DNA of 63,056 nt, filler included, from Lenisia limosa (Eukaryota; Protista; Breviatea), in the NCBI GenBank assembly GCA_001655205.1. It is 8 parts of 8 records of this genome, joined end to end, with 100 filler letters (N's around TTAATTAATTAA, not from the genome) between each part and the next. Parts side by side here need not be neighbours in the genome. Positions count along the whole stretch, not along the records: positions 21,360 to 40,791 come from LPNZ01001112.1; positions 40,892 to 42,952 come from LPNZ01009577.1; positions 43,053 to 45,070 come from LPNZ01004993.1; 5 more parts are not named here. One strand, given 5' to 3'. The notes under the pieces are model-generated. The model was given only the letters and a program-made list of their open reading frames with translations. It was not told where the DNA came from and did no database searches. Positions within the stretch are counted from its first letter, which is position 1. Each line of letters opens with the position of its first letter. Positions 33,601-45,000 of the stretch are shown piece by piece. Both the position numbers and the translations under genes were made by a program.

Positions 33601-36600
33601 AGAAGGGGCTTTGAAACTTAACAGGTTCATATAATGCCCAAAACCTATTTTGATCAATGGATTTTGCTTCTGACTAGGGCTTCACTGCGGTTCAAAAAAG
33701 AGTGAATTTCTCGATAAATCCTCGAAAATTATCGACATTTTTACCAATCTTTTTCGAACCGAAGTGAAGCCCTACTTCTGATAATTGTCTCGCAGTACAG
33801 ATCTTGTGAACAATTTGTTTCAATTACACAGTACTCATCATTGCCATCACAGACTCTCGAATCTCTGTTGTCTTTCTCAGACCTACCATTTTTATGATAC
33901 TTCAGTGCTGTAAGAACCAGAACTTCCAGCTGACGTTCAATGGAAGTACAAAGCTCAAAGGTCGTGGCAACGTCAACACATTCTACGCCTCCACCATTCA
34001 TGGAATTACGCCGTCTGTCGGCATGTCAAACAGTTCTTCCACAACATTATCCAATATCTTCAAGCCGTACCTCGCAAGCATGGTTTGACTTGGGGTAACT
34101 CTATTCTTGTCATTTTATTTGCTTTCACATTTCAACACTATTTTCAAATGTCCATTTTCCCAAAACTTCAATGGTTTTTGTTTCGAAATAGTCCCATCAT
34201 TAGAAAATACATGATGTTTATTGCTCGACTAACAAAATTGGTGTGAATAGGGATGCACTTTGTATTCATAAAACAATTGAAAACGAGAAAACCAAAGATT
34301 TAGTATTGACCCCCACAAGTATACCAAAAAGACTATAAAGCCCCCCACTCATGACCCGTTATCCCTCAGCTTGTTGCCGACCGAGACACCGGCGTTGACT
34401 CCGAAGACACTGCAGTCATGTGGCCGCCGGCAATAGAGGACACACAGCCGGAGTCTTTCGCTGAATGGGCCAAATATCTGAGTACTAAAGATGGTGGGTT
34501 GAGATCTTCAGTATAGTTTCAAATAGAAGACATTGACAAATATTTGTTATGATAAATATGGTGTCTAATAATGATGTATGTAGATTCCAAAGTGAACGAG
34601 TCTACACCTTTCCCTAATCAACGCTCGGTTACTTGGGGTATCAATTTTGTCAAAATTATCATTTCACTACTGTGTTGTGTTCTAAACCTACATTATTCTC
34701 TGGTGGAAATATGACTCTTTATTAACATAAACGATAGACCCATTTTAAGCTCCTCAAAATTTCAACACAACACGCGTTGGCCCACACCACACCTAGCAGT
34801 CTTTTATTCCTCTGTCATTAATCTCCCCCCACACAGCAATCAGCAAATGTCACCACTGAAGCTTTCATCTCCTTCCATCTCAACCTGACACGGATATTTT
34901 TTACTCTTTTCGGAGCTGTCTCACTCATGGTTTTTGGAAACTACTTTAAAATGTAAGTTGAGGTGAACCAAAATCATGTTTATCCATTTCAACAATTGGA
35001 ATTGCCATCCAATACATCCAAAAGCAAAGTTCTGTTTAGGGTTTCATTTGTTTTATGTCACGTCCATTTATGTGAAATTTTTTTATTCTTCTTCACCACG
35101 GCAGGTTGGAATACCCACACCAAAGCGCAGTATTGACAGCTGCTTCGGTTTCCATTGGTGTCTTGGTGGGCGGTTGACCTTTGTACAAGGATATGAATTT
35201 GTGACAGACTAGATTGTTAATATACAACAACCGTTTCAGTCCTGGTCTGAAATGGCAATTTTCTATACTTCACCCTGCTTCCCACGCCTTTCACTAGTCT
35301 TGTTTTTATTTAACAGATTTCACCTTTTGCCCTTCGTTCGCCCCCTGTTATACACCCGCACCTAAGCAAGTCAATACAGGCATTAATGCTGGCCTTTCTT
35401 GTGGCAATTTTTGGCATGTATGTCAAGCTTTTTGCGCAAGTGGAAAGCGGCAGTGACGATGGTATGATTGCCCACCTTATAGCTCTATTTACTGGGATAT
35501 AATAGCAATGATTTCTCTTTCGGTTTCTAAGGCTCATAGTACAGTATAATCATATGTATCATAATTTGTTGTTTTGTGTAAGTGACCGTGGTGCATTATG
35601 GAAACGTAACCAAATCAACTTTAAAGGACAGCTTATCTATTAATAGCTTTAATTACCCTTATCGGTGTCATTCTCACATTTACCAGATTGGTCCTATGAA
35701 ATGCTCTTTTGCGCAAGTCTCTCGTTCGCATGGGCCACCCTGACACCATGTCACAACATTTTTAGTATGCCATAACTTATCCTATCTTTCAGAAATGGTT
35801 ATTTGACTGACGATGTTAATGTTGTTGCATTGCTCAGGATTGATGTTAATGCTAACGCTTCAATTTTCTAATGATTTCAGCAATCAGCTTTGTTTTACAT
35901 TGCTTCACGTGTGGGCCGATCATGGCCTATTTTACCCCAAACCTCTCCTATATTGTGGTATGTTTGAGAACATATGGCAATCTGTTCAAATTTTGAAACG
36001 GTTTAAAAAATCATCAGTTATTCTTGTTAATTAAAACCATTTGTCAAGTGTCAAGATCTGTGGTTTTTGTCCCAATGTTGAAAGAACTTTATTATTGATC
36101 GACCTTTGCTGAAGTAACCATTTAGATTGCGGAGAGCTGTTTAATTTGGATGTTTATCTGCTTTTTGGGATTTTCAGTTCGGGTGAAACGTGACAAGTAC
36201 TTCACTGCAATCTTCAATAATTCCAAAGTAGGATACGAACTGATTCATAGATATAATATGTATAGATATAATATGTATAGCTTTTTTTTTATCATCTTGC
36301 ATTATAGCTCAATAATTCTAGATTACACACAATATTTTGCTGACATATTAGCACCTTTCTTCAGTGAGTCAACAAACATGGCGGCTTATTTCACTGCTTC
36401 TGCCGCAACATGTGGTTAACGAGTTTTCAAAGGTGAATTGGACTGGGCAAGGGTGTGGAAATGGCATCTTCTCCGTATCACAATGAGTATCTTTTCCGCT
36501 CTTGTTCTAATCTACATATAAGGTAGAGTATATTGCTCTTCATTTTCACCAAGTTTATATACATATTGTCAAACACAATTACCAAAAACGATTCTCAATT

Positions 36601-38470
36601 CTCTCAAGTGTACATAACCACACAGGCGGATTACCAGCAGGTGAATAACATGATGTAGAAAGGCGCAGTAAATGAGGTGATTTCACGTGCCATTGTAATG
36701 CAATGTGACCTTGTCGGCTTCACCACTCTTTCTGCCAGTTTGAGCCCCTCTGATGTATGGGGGCAACAATGTGGTGAAATGTTGCTAAGTTTATTACTCC
36801 CCACAGCCTGAGCCGCATAAATTAGATCTTCAATGAAGTCCGAAGACAATATTTCAATGCACTTTTAAAACCAATCTATAGAAACACATATCGATGTATA
36901 TGGCGTAGCAATTCAGAGTTACATTACTTTGTTTTCTTATCTTTTCAGGTCTTCAACTTTGTGAATACACTGTTTTCGACCTTTGACGTCCAGGCTGAAA
37001 AGCTGGGTATTGAGCGAATCACAACTATTGGTGAGTTTTTTAAGATTGTACTGTAGGATACATATGATATGTGTCTCTAGTTTCAAAAATTATGGACAAA
37101 CAATGTACAAATGCAAAACTTCTGTGTTTTCTTTCATTTAATTTTGTTTTATAGTCTTTAGGGGATGCCTACATCTGTCTGGCGATGGAGGATAAGGATG
37201 ACGACCAACACCACATCCGCTGCATGTCTAAACTGGCTTCTGTCATGCTGCCTCTTCTTCATGAGGCTCTTTCAGCTGTTTGCGGCTGCTTTTAGTCAAT
37301 TTCTCATTGTTATTATTTGGGCTTGGAAATCTGTCTCATAGTAACATGTTACAACAATGTGTCAATTTACAGATTCACGTCATGCTGTTTTCCGTAATAA
37401 CGATGTAGTGCCGCCTGTCCACGAAATGCGTTCGAATCCGAATTGGCCTGGCCCAGGGCAATGTGTGGGGGTCCATTGTCGGCTCCCTATCTCCTCGGTT
37501 TGCGGAAGGGTAAAGAGTGTGGAATTAGAACAAGTAACCAAAACTGGCCATTTATGAAACGACAGTAAGAATGACGGGGTACTATATAGGGAATACGTAT
37601 GGTGTGAAATAGACCAGTAAAGGAGAGATTGGATTCAATGGAGAAATAATGTCTTGGACCGAAGCGAAGCCGAAGTTGTGTCAAATGCCAAAAGGGCATC
37701 ATATCAACATACATGCTGTGACAATGCGTTAAGTATTACTGATTTTGACTCTATTGTATCTTGCTCATTGACTCATTTACTGATATATTGATACACTACT
37801 TGTGACCTAATATCGCAGGTACCTAGTTTTTGGCCCTACCGTGGATCGAGCCGATCTATGCGAGCAAAGTGCCCATGAAAACTGCATGGTCATAGACTCC
37901 ACACTTGCGGCAACTCCCACTTTCAGACGGTGAGCACAGTATGAGAATTGTTGAAATTAAGAAATTCAAACTACCCTATCACCATGGACAACTTTCTTCA
38001 AAAAGTTCAATCAAATTCCTATATTATGACATGCGCAAAGAGTCACTATTCTTTATAACACAGGAGGTTACAATGAAATAAAAATATTATGCATCTTGTA
38101 TTATTTATCAGCCATGCCCTACACCCGGCAAGCTACAACAACCGCAAGGCTGCACCCGAGGGGGCTGTCTCCGTGGACCTCACGTGTATACACGGTAGGC
38201 TAACATAATTTTTCCATGTTATGCAATTACTATTTCATTGAAATGGAAGGTTCTTTTGAGAAATATGGAAAATGAGAGGTCATTATTTTATTTTTTGAAA
38301 TGTGGCAGATTTGAAGTGGACAAAAGACACTTACTGGGTATTAGTTTCCAAAATGAAAAGCAAAATTCAAACTTACATTACATTTTGATTCCTCAGAGCC
38401 CCTTATCACCGAGACGATTCTTCACACCCTCGAGTCAGTTGGAAGTGATGATAGCCTCTTCAATGATTAA
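21672..38470 (+). CDS. Large membrane class III nucleotide cyclase, probably guanylyl: multi-TM sensor block + degenerate cyclase domain + TM + catalytic domain + TM + catalytic domain; 5' end missing
   Basis: More than 35 GT-AG exons, most junctions phase-checked, terminal exon 38397-38470 (..SDDSLFND TAA). Motifs: CEPQLDGSHSLIDDPTVQCY..YGIGIP, LYNRY...WEVIIMLRK, IIVFIGLKDSSVLW, SLHNMIPQVIADKL, FKVEMISSVY, IKAGVHTG, VGDTVNTTSR, KLKGRGNVNTFY, LLLPQHVV, QCDLVGFT, RITTIGDAY, IRIGLAQG. A few junctions (26.2-27.9 kb, 30-31 kb, 34.5-36.3 kb) are not fully resolved. Confidence 0.85.
22172..24236 (+). CDS. N-terminal multi-TM block (6 helices visible) of the type that follows GCC2/GCC3 Cys-rich ectodomains
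   Basis: Exons 22172-22275, 22404-22524, 22739-22817, 23071-23131, 23200-23298, 23606-23696, 23838-23880, 24140-24236 are phase-consistent and hydrophobic, with C..G..L..D..hqC and LY..Y..WE..h.RK motifs. Confidence 0.8.
23726..23808. mobile_element. MITE family B copy
   Basis: TA-GGGCTTCATTTCGGTTCC plus core. Confidence 0.75.
24985..25158. repeat. Tandem repeat, ~28 bp x ~6 (cyclase intron)
   Basis: Unit GGAATACCATATACAGTGATGTTCTTTT. Confidence 0.9.
25197..27282 (+). CDS. Degenerate cyclase-homology domain (CHD0)
   Basis: IIVFIGLKDSSVLWSKYPEE / YHGYDLGED / FENAFDAVDFAFTLHIAIVKNDWS / GPRLSIVLVH / AAKAASVAAKVKRGDIVIT follow, in order, the TDI.DST.LW / GYEVKT.GD / A......Q..L...W / GLRVRMGIH / AARV....GGQI pattern, but the catalytic residues are replaced. 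Confidence 0.7.
25765..25841. mobile_element. MITE family B copy
   Basis: TTCACTTCGGTTCGAAAC...TTCGAACCAGAGTGAAGCCC-TA. Confidence 0.75.
26393..26468. mobile_element. MITE family A copy
   Basis: GGGATAAGTCTTGAC...CAAGACTTATCCCGGTCACTG-TA. Confidence 0.8.
27638..27714. mobile_element. MITE family B copy
   Basis: TA-GGGCTTCACTTCGGTTCG...GAACCGAAGTGAAAC. Confidence 0.78.
31523..34082 (+). CDS. Cyclase domain CHD1 (substrate-specifying and transition-state half)
   Basis: VTVCFLSLSNF and KVEMISSVY lack both metal-binding Asp; FHFTLVGDTVNTTSR retains Asn and Arg; KLKGRG present. Confidence 0.9.
32453..32529. mobile_element. MITE family A copy
   Basis: Both TIRs and TA flanks, in a cyclase intron. 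Confidence 0.85.
33677..33772. mobile_element. MITE family B reference copy (TA-GGGCTTCACT..GGTTC.AAAAAAGA ... TCTTTTTCGAACCGAAGTGAAGCCC-TA), ~96 bp
   Basis: ~27-bp TIRs, TA on both flanks, ATCGA-rich core; at least 25 related copies in the window. Confidence 0.85.
36659..37929 (+). CDS. Cyclase domain CHD2 (metal-binding half)
   Basis: VMQCDLVGFT and RITTIGDAY retain both Asp; RYLVFGPTVDRADLCE lacks the Asn/Arg pair. Confidence 0.9.
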
Positions 38471-39065
38471 TTCCCCCTGGGATTGATATCATTTTGTTTA
38501 GTTGTGTATTCACGATTTTTCTTGTTTTTCATGGTGATTAGTTGTTTCTTGAGTTGAATAGATAGTATTCCTCTATTTCCACTTCTCTGCATTCGGTTTT
38601 CCAACAATTTCGGACCCCTAAATTTGGAGTGAATTAAAAGTCTAACATCCAATTTAGGAAAGGACGGTCAAAAAAGGAATAAACACTTGCAAAAGACGAA
38701 AGGGTAAATATTTTTATTGGAATTTTGAATGAAGCTTATATTAAAAAAACTTTTTTTTTTTTTTCTTTTTTTTTCCCAATTTATGTTTTTTGATGCAAAT
38801 TGCATTTCAGCACCTCCAATCGTCAAAATAGCTCTTCTATTAAACGCAACAAAGGACTTCATTGCAGTGCGCCTATCAGAGTGGGGGGCAAAAACATTAT
38901 GCGATAGTACATCTGATATGTACATGCAATAATATGTATTACAATCAGTGTATTGTACTATAAAAAAGGTTGTGTCTGGCCGAAGCTGTCTCATGCTTAT
39001 ATTGTATATTCACTGTTATGATATATTCCAGGGTTTTGGTGAAAAGAAGAAATGCATTAAATAGA

Positions 39066-42000
39066 TCACTGTGAGAGTTTCTTAATGTAGTTGCTGACTT
39101 CTTCACTGAAAGCGTCCTAAAAGGTAAAAGTATGGCAAAAATAGGCAAAACACTCAGTAGAAATGAGAAGTAAAAAGGAAGCTGACCAAACAATCATATT
39201 GAAAAGAGAGTTGTGAATAATAGAGGATATAGAGGCTATGAATGGGGTATATGGTGTCCTTCACCACCTTAGGCACATTTCGATATCACAGAGTTTTTTC
39301 TTTTTACTTAGTGCTTCCCTGCGGTCCTAAAATGGCCGTCTAATTTTAGGTATTGATCGAGGCTTTATTGAGAGATTTGGCCTTTTTTTGGAACTGTAGG
39401 GACTCTAAGTATATATCATATGTACATATCATTTATGTATTGCATGCATATCACNNNNNNNNNNNNNNNNNNNNNNNNNNNNNNNNNNNNNNNNNNNNNN
39501 NNNNNNNNNNNNNNNNNNNNNNNNNNNNNNNTTCATCTCCAAAGGTGCGGATGGCTAAAGAAGTGAAAGGCGGTTGAGATGATCAAAACAATACTCCTGA
39601 TATTCTTGTTTCCGTTAGAGAAGAAACTAGGCTTCACTTCGGTTAAAAAAAAAAGACTGAATTTCTCGATAAATATCGATATTTGCTGGTCTTTTTCTTA
39701 CCGAAGTGAAGCTACTGACAGCACACACCAACATACCGCATTTTTGCCCTCCAGGCGGAAAGTCAGAGTGTAGTTCTGATATGTAAGAAGGTTTATGGAG
39801 GGCTCTCGGGTCCATGTACTACCACTGGGGCTTCACTTCTGTTCGAAAAGAGACTGAATTTCTCGATAAATCTTCGATAAATATCGGTATTATTTCGGTC
39901 TTTTTCGAACTGAAGTGAAGCCCTCAATACCACCATGTTTCATCTATCAAGGATTTAACGATCATTTTATTTTTGAATGACTTGTCGTGTGTTGCTTACA
40001 CATTCATATCAATATCTTTTACATTTCCTCTTGCAGAAAGATATAAAAGAGCCATATTTTAAAATTTCAAAATGATGTGTTTATTCAAAATATTACATAG
40101 ATTGTCATTGATCATTAACAACATACACTATGCTTGGGTATGTCGGCCCGTACATTGACACACTCTATGATATCATAATGTGAGTAGAAATAGACTATTA
40201 TCATCTCATTTCTGTCCCAAAGATATCCCCATGAGAAACTATCGACAATGCATTCATCTCCCCTCACCGAGCTGTAGGGCTCTATTTGTGATGCCAAAGA
40301 AAGGTAGTACTTCTTACCCTGGAAGGTAATTATTGCCAGGGCCTCAATCAATCTTTTCATTTTGTTTCGGAGGACGCCAACATACCTTGCGTTGACGCGC
40401 AATGATGAGGGCGCCCTTCTCGTAGTACATGGCCAGGAAGTAGAGGAGGCAAGAACACGCCATGTACACGCCGACGCAAGAGTAGTAGACAAGCTGAGCG
40501 TGGGGGTACGTTTCAGGGTATAAATGCCCAGTGGAGGCTATATAGTTATAAAATAGCAAAAAAAAAAGGCTTTAAAATGCATAAAATGGGACATGTTCGA
40601 GATGTACATTTGTCAAAATTGTGTTGACGATACTATGACCCTTGTTTACAAGTGCTCCCGAACTAGGGCTTCTACGGTCCGTAAAAGACCGTTTAAATAT
40701 CGATATTTATCAAGGATTTATCGATATATTCGGTCTTTTTTGGGACCGTACGGAAAACCTAACTGAACATTAGATCATACGTATGAATTATNNNNNNNNN
40801 NNNNNNNNNNNNNNNNNNNNNNNNNNNNNNNNNNNTTAATTAATTAANNNNNNNNNNNNNNNNNNNNNNNNNNNNNNNNNNNNNNNNNNNNCAACAAAAC
40901 AAGCAAAGCCCAGACCAGACCAGTCGCTTCTACAGCACCGCATCGCATCACTCCAGCGTGTGCAATTGGAAAATTTAGCAAAAATAATAACACACAACCC
41001 TCCCCCCCAGAAACAACTCTGTTGGCTGCAAAAATGGAAATCTATTAAACTCCCCGCTACCTTTGCCTGAATTACCCCCCCCCCCACTCTGATTTTGCTG
41101 TCAAAACGCCTGCGAGGGACAAGGAAATCCTCATTAATTCCCCTCTTGAGAAGGGCTACGACGACCTCAGCGTTGGCCGAGTTAAGACCTTGGGGAATTA
41201 CGGTTGTGCTGCATTTGGCATTTGGTATTTGGGGAATTAGAGAATCATCTCAAAATGGATTGGAAATTGAGGGAGAAGACCCGGGGGGGGGGGGGTTCTG
41301 GTATNNNNNNNNNNNNNNNNNNNNNNNNNNNNNNNNNNNNNNNNNNNNNNNNNNNNNNNNNNNNNNNNNNNNNNNNNNNNNNNNNNNNNNNNNNNNTAAG
41401 GAATCCAACCATATGCATAAGGAATCCAAACTTGCCATATAAGGAACCCAACTTACCATAAGCGGAACCGAGGGCGTTATCGAGGGTTCTCAGAATACGA
41501 TAGTCTTCAACAATCAAAGCGTTCAATAATCGTCCGAGAAGAGCCTAAATATCATGAGTGCAAGCGTCTTGGAAAATCCTATAAATGTAGGGTAAAATAA
41601 ACGTTGAGCAAAGAGAATTGCAAGCAGGAATATTCATGTAATCATCTTAGTCATTATAATATTATCATTACCATCACCCCTCCCCCACTAATCATATGAT
41701 AAACAGTACCGGAATAAGCCTTGGCCGATTTTCTTTGGGAAATCATATTGCAAATCTGTCAAGACTTATCTCGGTCAATGTATAAAAGGGATACCCCCCC
41801 CCCCCCCNNNNNNNNNNNNNNNNNNNNNNNNNNNNNNNNNNNNNNNNNNNNNNNNNNNNNNNNNNNNNNNNNNNNNNNNNNNNNNNNNNNNNNNNNNNGG
41901 CCTCGCGAACTAAGAGAGCCACTGAATATAAACGGTCCTCCGTAATTCCAGCGGATGCGTCGATGAGATTGGAAATGGATTGTACGGGGTTGGAGGCAGG

Positions 42001-45000
42001 GGTGAGAGAGATCTGGGGGTAAATATGGATCCCAGAAACATTTAAAAAAAAAGGCAAATAAAGGTGAAGGCGAATATAAAATTGGAATAATATAAATGAT
42101 AAAAGTCAAGGGAAATCTCAAATAGAAAAATAAATATGAGAGGAGAGAAAAAATAAAATAAGGCTGTATCTGGCCAAAGCCGTCCACACTGATATTGAAT
42201 TATAGTACAATATTAATTCACGCAATCATTTGCCTTATAACTCCGTGTACACAGAATTCTACGTGCCAACCCGACGTACCTCATAGACAACCTCCATGCG
42301 TTCGTCTTCCCTCCAGTCCTCGAATTCAGAAATAATCACAAACTTGGCTGGAAGAGTAAGTGTGGGAGCGAGTGTGGGAAATTTTATTCATGGTTATGGC
42401 TTCACTTTGGTTCGAAAAAAGACTGAAATTCTCGATAAATCCTCGAAATCTATAGATATTTTACTGGACTTTTTCGAAACGAAACTCTCATGGTATCCTT
42501 ATTGATTAAGTTTCCCAAGATTTTTAATGTAATGTTGAAAAGGAGTAAAAGTATTATTTAGCAGAAGGAAGACTTTCTATCCCACTAACAGAATAATCTA
42601 ACTCCCTCGCCCAATATTATATGTTGTAATATATTTTGTAACAATATATTTTGCATCATTATTGAGGCTACCCAACGGTCCGTAAAAGACCATAAAATTT
42701 TGATACCTATCAAAGATTTATCGAAAAATTCAGACTTTTTTGGGACCGTCGGGAAGCACTAATCAGTGTACACCACCCTTCACCGTTCATGAGACGGAAG
42801 AACCGGGCCTGGTTGACTTGGGGCTCAGACAGGGCAAGAACCTCGTCTCTTTCGTTGATGTACATGTAGTGCATGCTGAAGTGGTCAGAATTGAGGCATT
42901 TGTTGTATTCAGTTTATGAAGAAAATAATACAGTTTATGAAGAAAATGATACNNNNNNNNNNNNNNNNNNNNNNNNNNNNNNNNNNNNNNNNNNNNTTAA
43001 TTAATTAANNNNNNNNNNNNNNNNNNNNNNNNNNNNNNNNNNNNNNNNNNNNCATCATCATCATCCTACCATCCTCATTGTCGACGTAGAAAACAGGCCG
43101 GACCAAGTTGCCATCCTCCAGTCCAGCCATTCGATTTGTAGTAATGTTCCTATCCAAAACGTTTTCCACTCCGACTGCGAATGTCGATTCTGATGGCGTA
43201 AGCGACACGGAAATGTGTATCATATCATGTCTTTTCCTTTTAATATATCATATCATATTATGTCATATCATATCATACCATATCATTTCCTGACAGAGTC
43301 ACATTGCAAAAAAGCCAATTCATAGATATCGTATCAGATCGATTCTTCCAACACACATAGTATATGATGCGCTGAAAAAGCAGACCCTTCCACTCCATGA
43401 ACCCCCCCCCCCCCCCNNNNNNNNNNNNNNNNNNNNNNNNNNNNNNNNNNNNNNNNNNNNNNNNNNNNNNNNNNNNNNNNNNNNNNNNNNNNNNNNNNNN
43501 NNNNNNNNNNNNNNNNNNNNNNNNNNNNNNNNNNNNNNNNNNNNNNNNNNNNNNNNNNNNNNNNNNNNNNNNNNNNNNNNNNNNNNNNNNNNNNNNNNNN
43601 NNNNNNNNNNNNNNNNNNNNNNNNNNNNNNNNNNNNNNNNNNNNNNNNNNNNNNNCTCCTAATATGAGAGTTTAACGTAAATTGATGGTTATTATCAAGA
43701 CTTAGTTTTCTTCTGGGGGGGGGGGGTCATGTCACCTGAGAGTATTGAAGATATGAAATGATATAATACATGATTGCAAGCATGCAAAATTGCCTTATTA
43801 AGAGTTAACAGGAGCAAGATAATCTTATGGAGATAAATGTAATAATTTCCTCAAAAAAAAACAACCACATAGTGGACAAAACAACAAAACCAATTCATAC
43901 CATACCAAATGTACAGTACTAAATAACCAGCTTCAAAAGATCACTAGCCATAAGCTTACCTTCAAAATGGAGAAACACCATGACAGGAGCTGTGGAAGAT
44001 GATACCAACTTCTTGACCTTAGAATAGATCGGAACACCAACCTGAAGAGGTGTCACATATTAAAAAAAGACGGGGAAATATAGATTTTCATCATCGAAAA
44101 CTCGTTTCAAACCGTGAATGAACCGTATATATGACATAATAAATATGAAGTGATTCTTGTCATCTCATTATTGATAACTATCATCCCTTTCTGAATATTT
44201 CGATAAATACTCAAAAACTATCGATATTGATATAATATGAAGTATCCCCTAATCATAGAGCGGTCCCCCCCCCCCNNNNNNNNNNNNNNNNNNNNNNNNN
44301 NNNNNNNNNNNNNNNNNNNNNNNNNNNNNNNNNNNNNNNNNNNNNNNNNAGAGTAGTAGAAGTTCACCAGGTAGAAATCATTTGTTTCATCTAAAACATC
44401 ACGTCCAATCATTAGCAAGCATCAAGTGGCTCCAAACTACTGAAAAAATCCCAGGGGCTCCCTCAAACTGCAGAAGCAAATATACTCACTCCTTGACGTA
44501 TCCCGGACACCGCATGGTCCCAGCACGGGGGGGTCTGGGAGCCTAAAACATCAGAAAGTCACATCATCCAGAGCAATAAACGTATCAAATTGCAAGAGGG
44601 ACTGTAGCAAGTCTTGACTGATTTACTATCATATCATCATACATATATTTCTACGGCTTCACTTTGGTTCAAAAAAAAGACTTAATTTCTCGATAAATCC
44701 TCGAAAACAAACGACAGTACCGAGATAAATCTGGACCTATTTTTGTGAAACCACAGAGCAAATCGGTTAAGACTAACCCTGGTCAGTATATCATATGATA
44801 TGATATCATGTATAATCAAACCCCCTCCCCTCCCAGCGCTGCTCAGATTGAAGAGCAGGCTTAAAATTAGATATGCAATGGGAAATAACCAGGAGAGTAT
44901 CTGGCCGAAGCCGTCCACCCCATCACGTTAATAAGAGATATTGGAAAAAGTATAATATTAATTCACCTACACAACTCTGTGCAAAGAGCATTACACTCAG

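Noticed and set aside
41095-41230. Plus-strand reading VKTPARDKEILINSPLEKGYDDL
   Set aside because: Flanking exons are all on the minus strand, and the minus reading has AG/GT boundaries.
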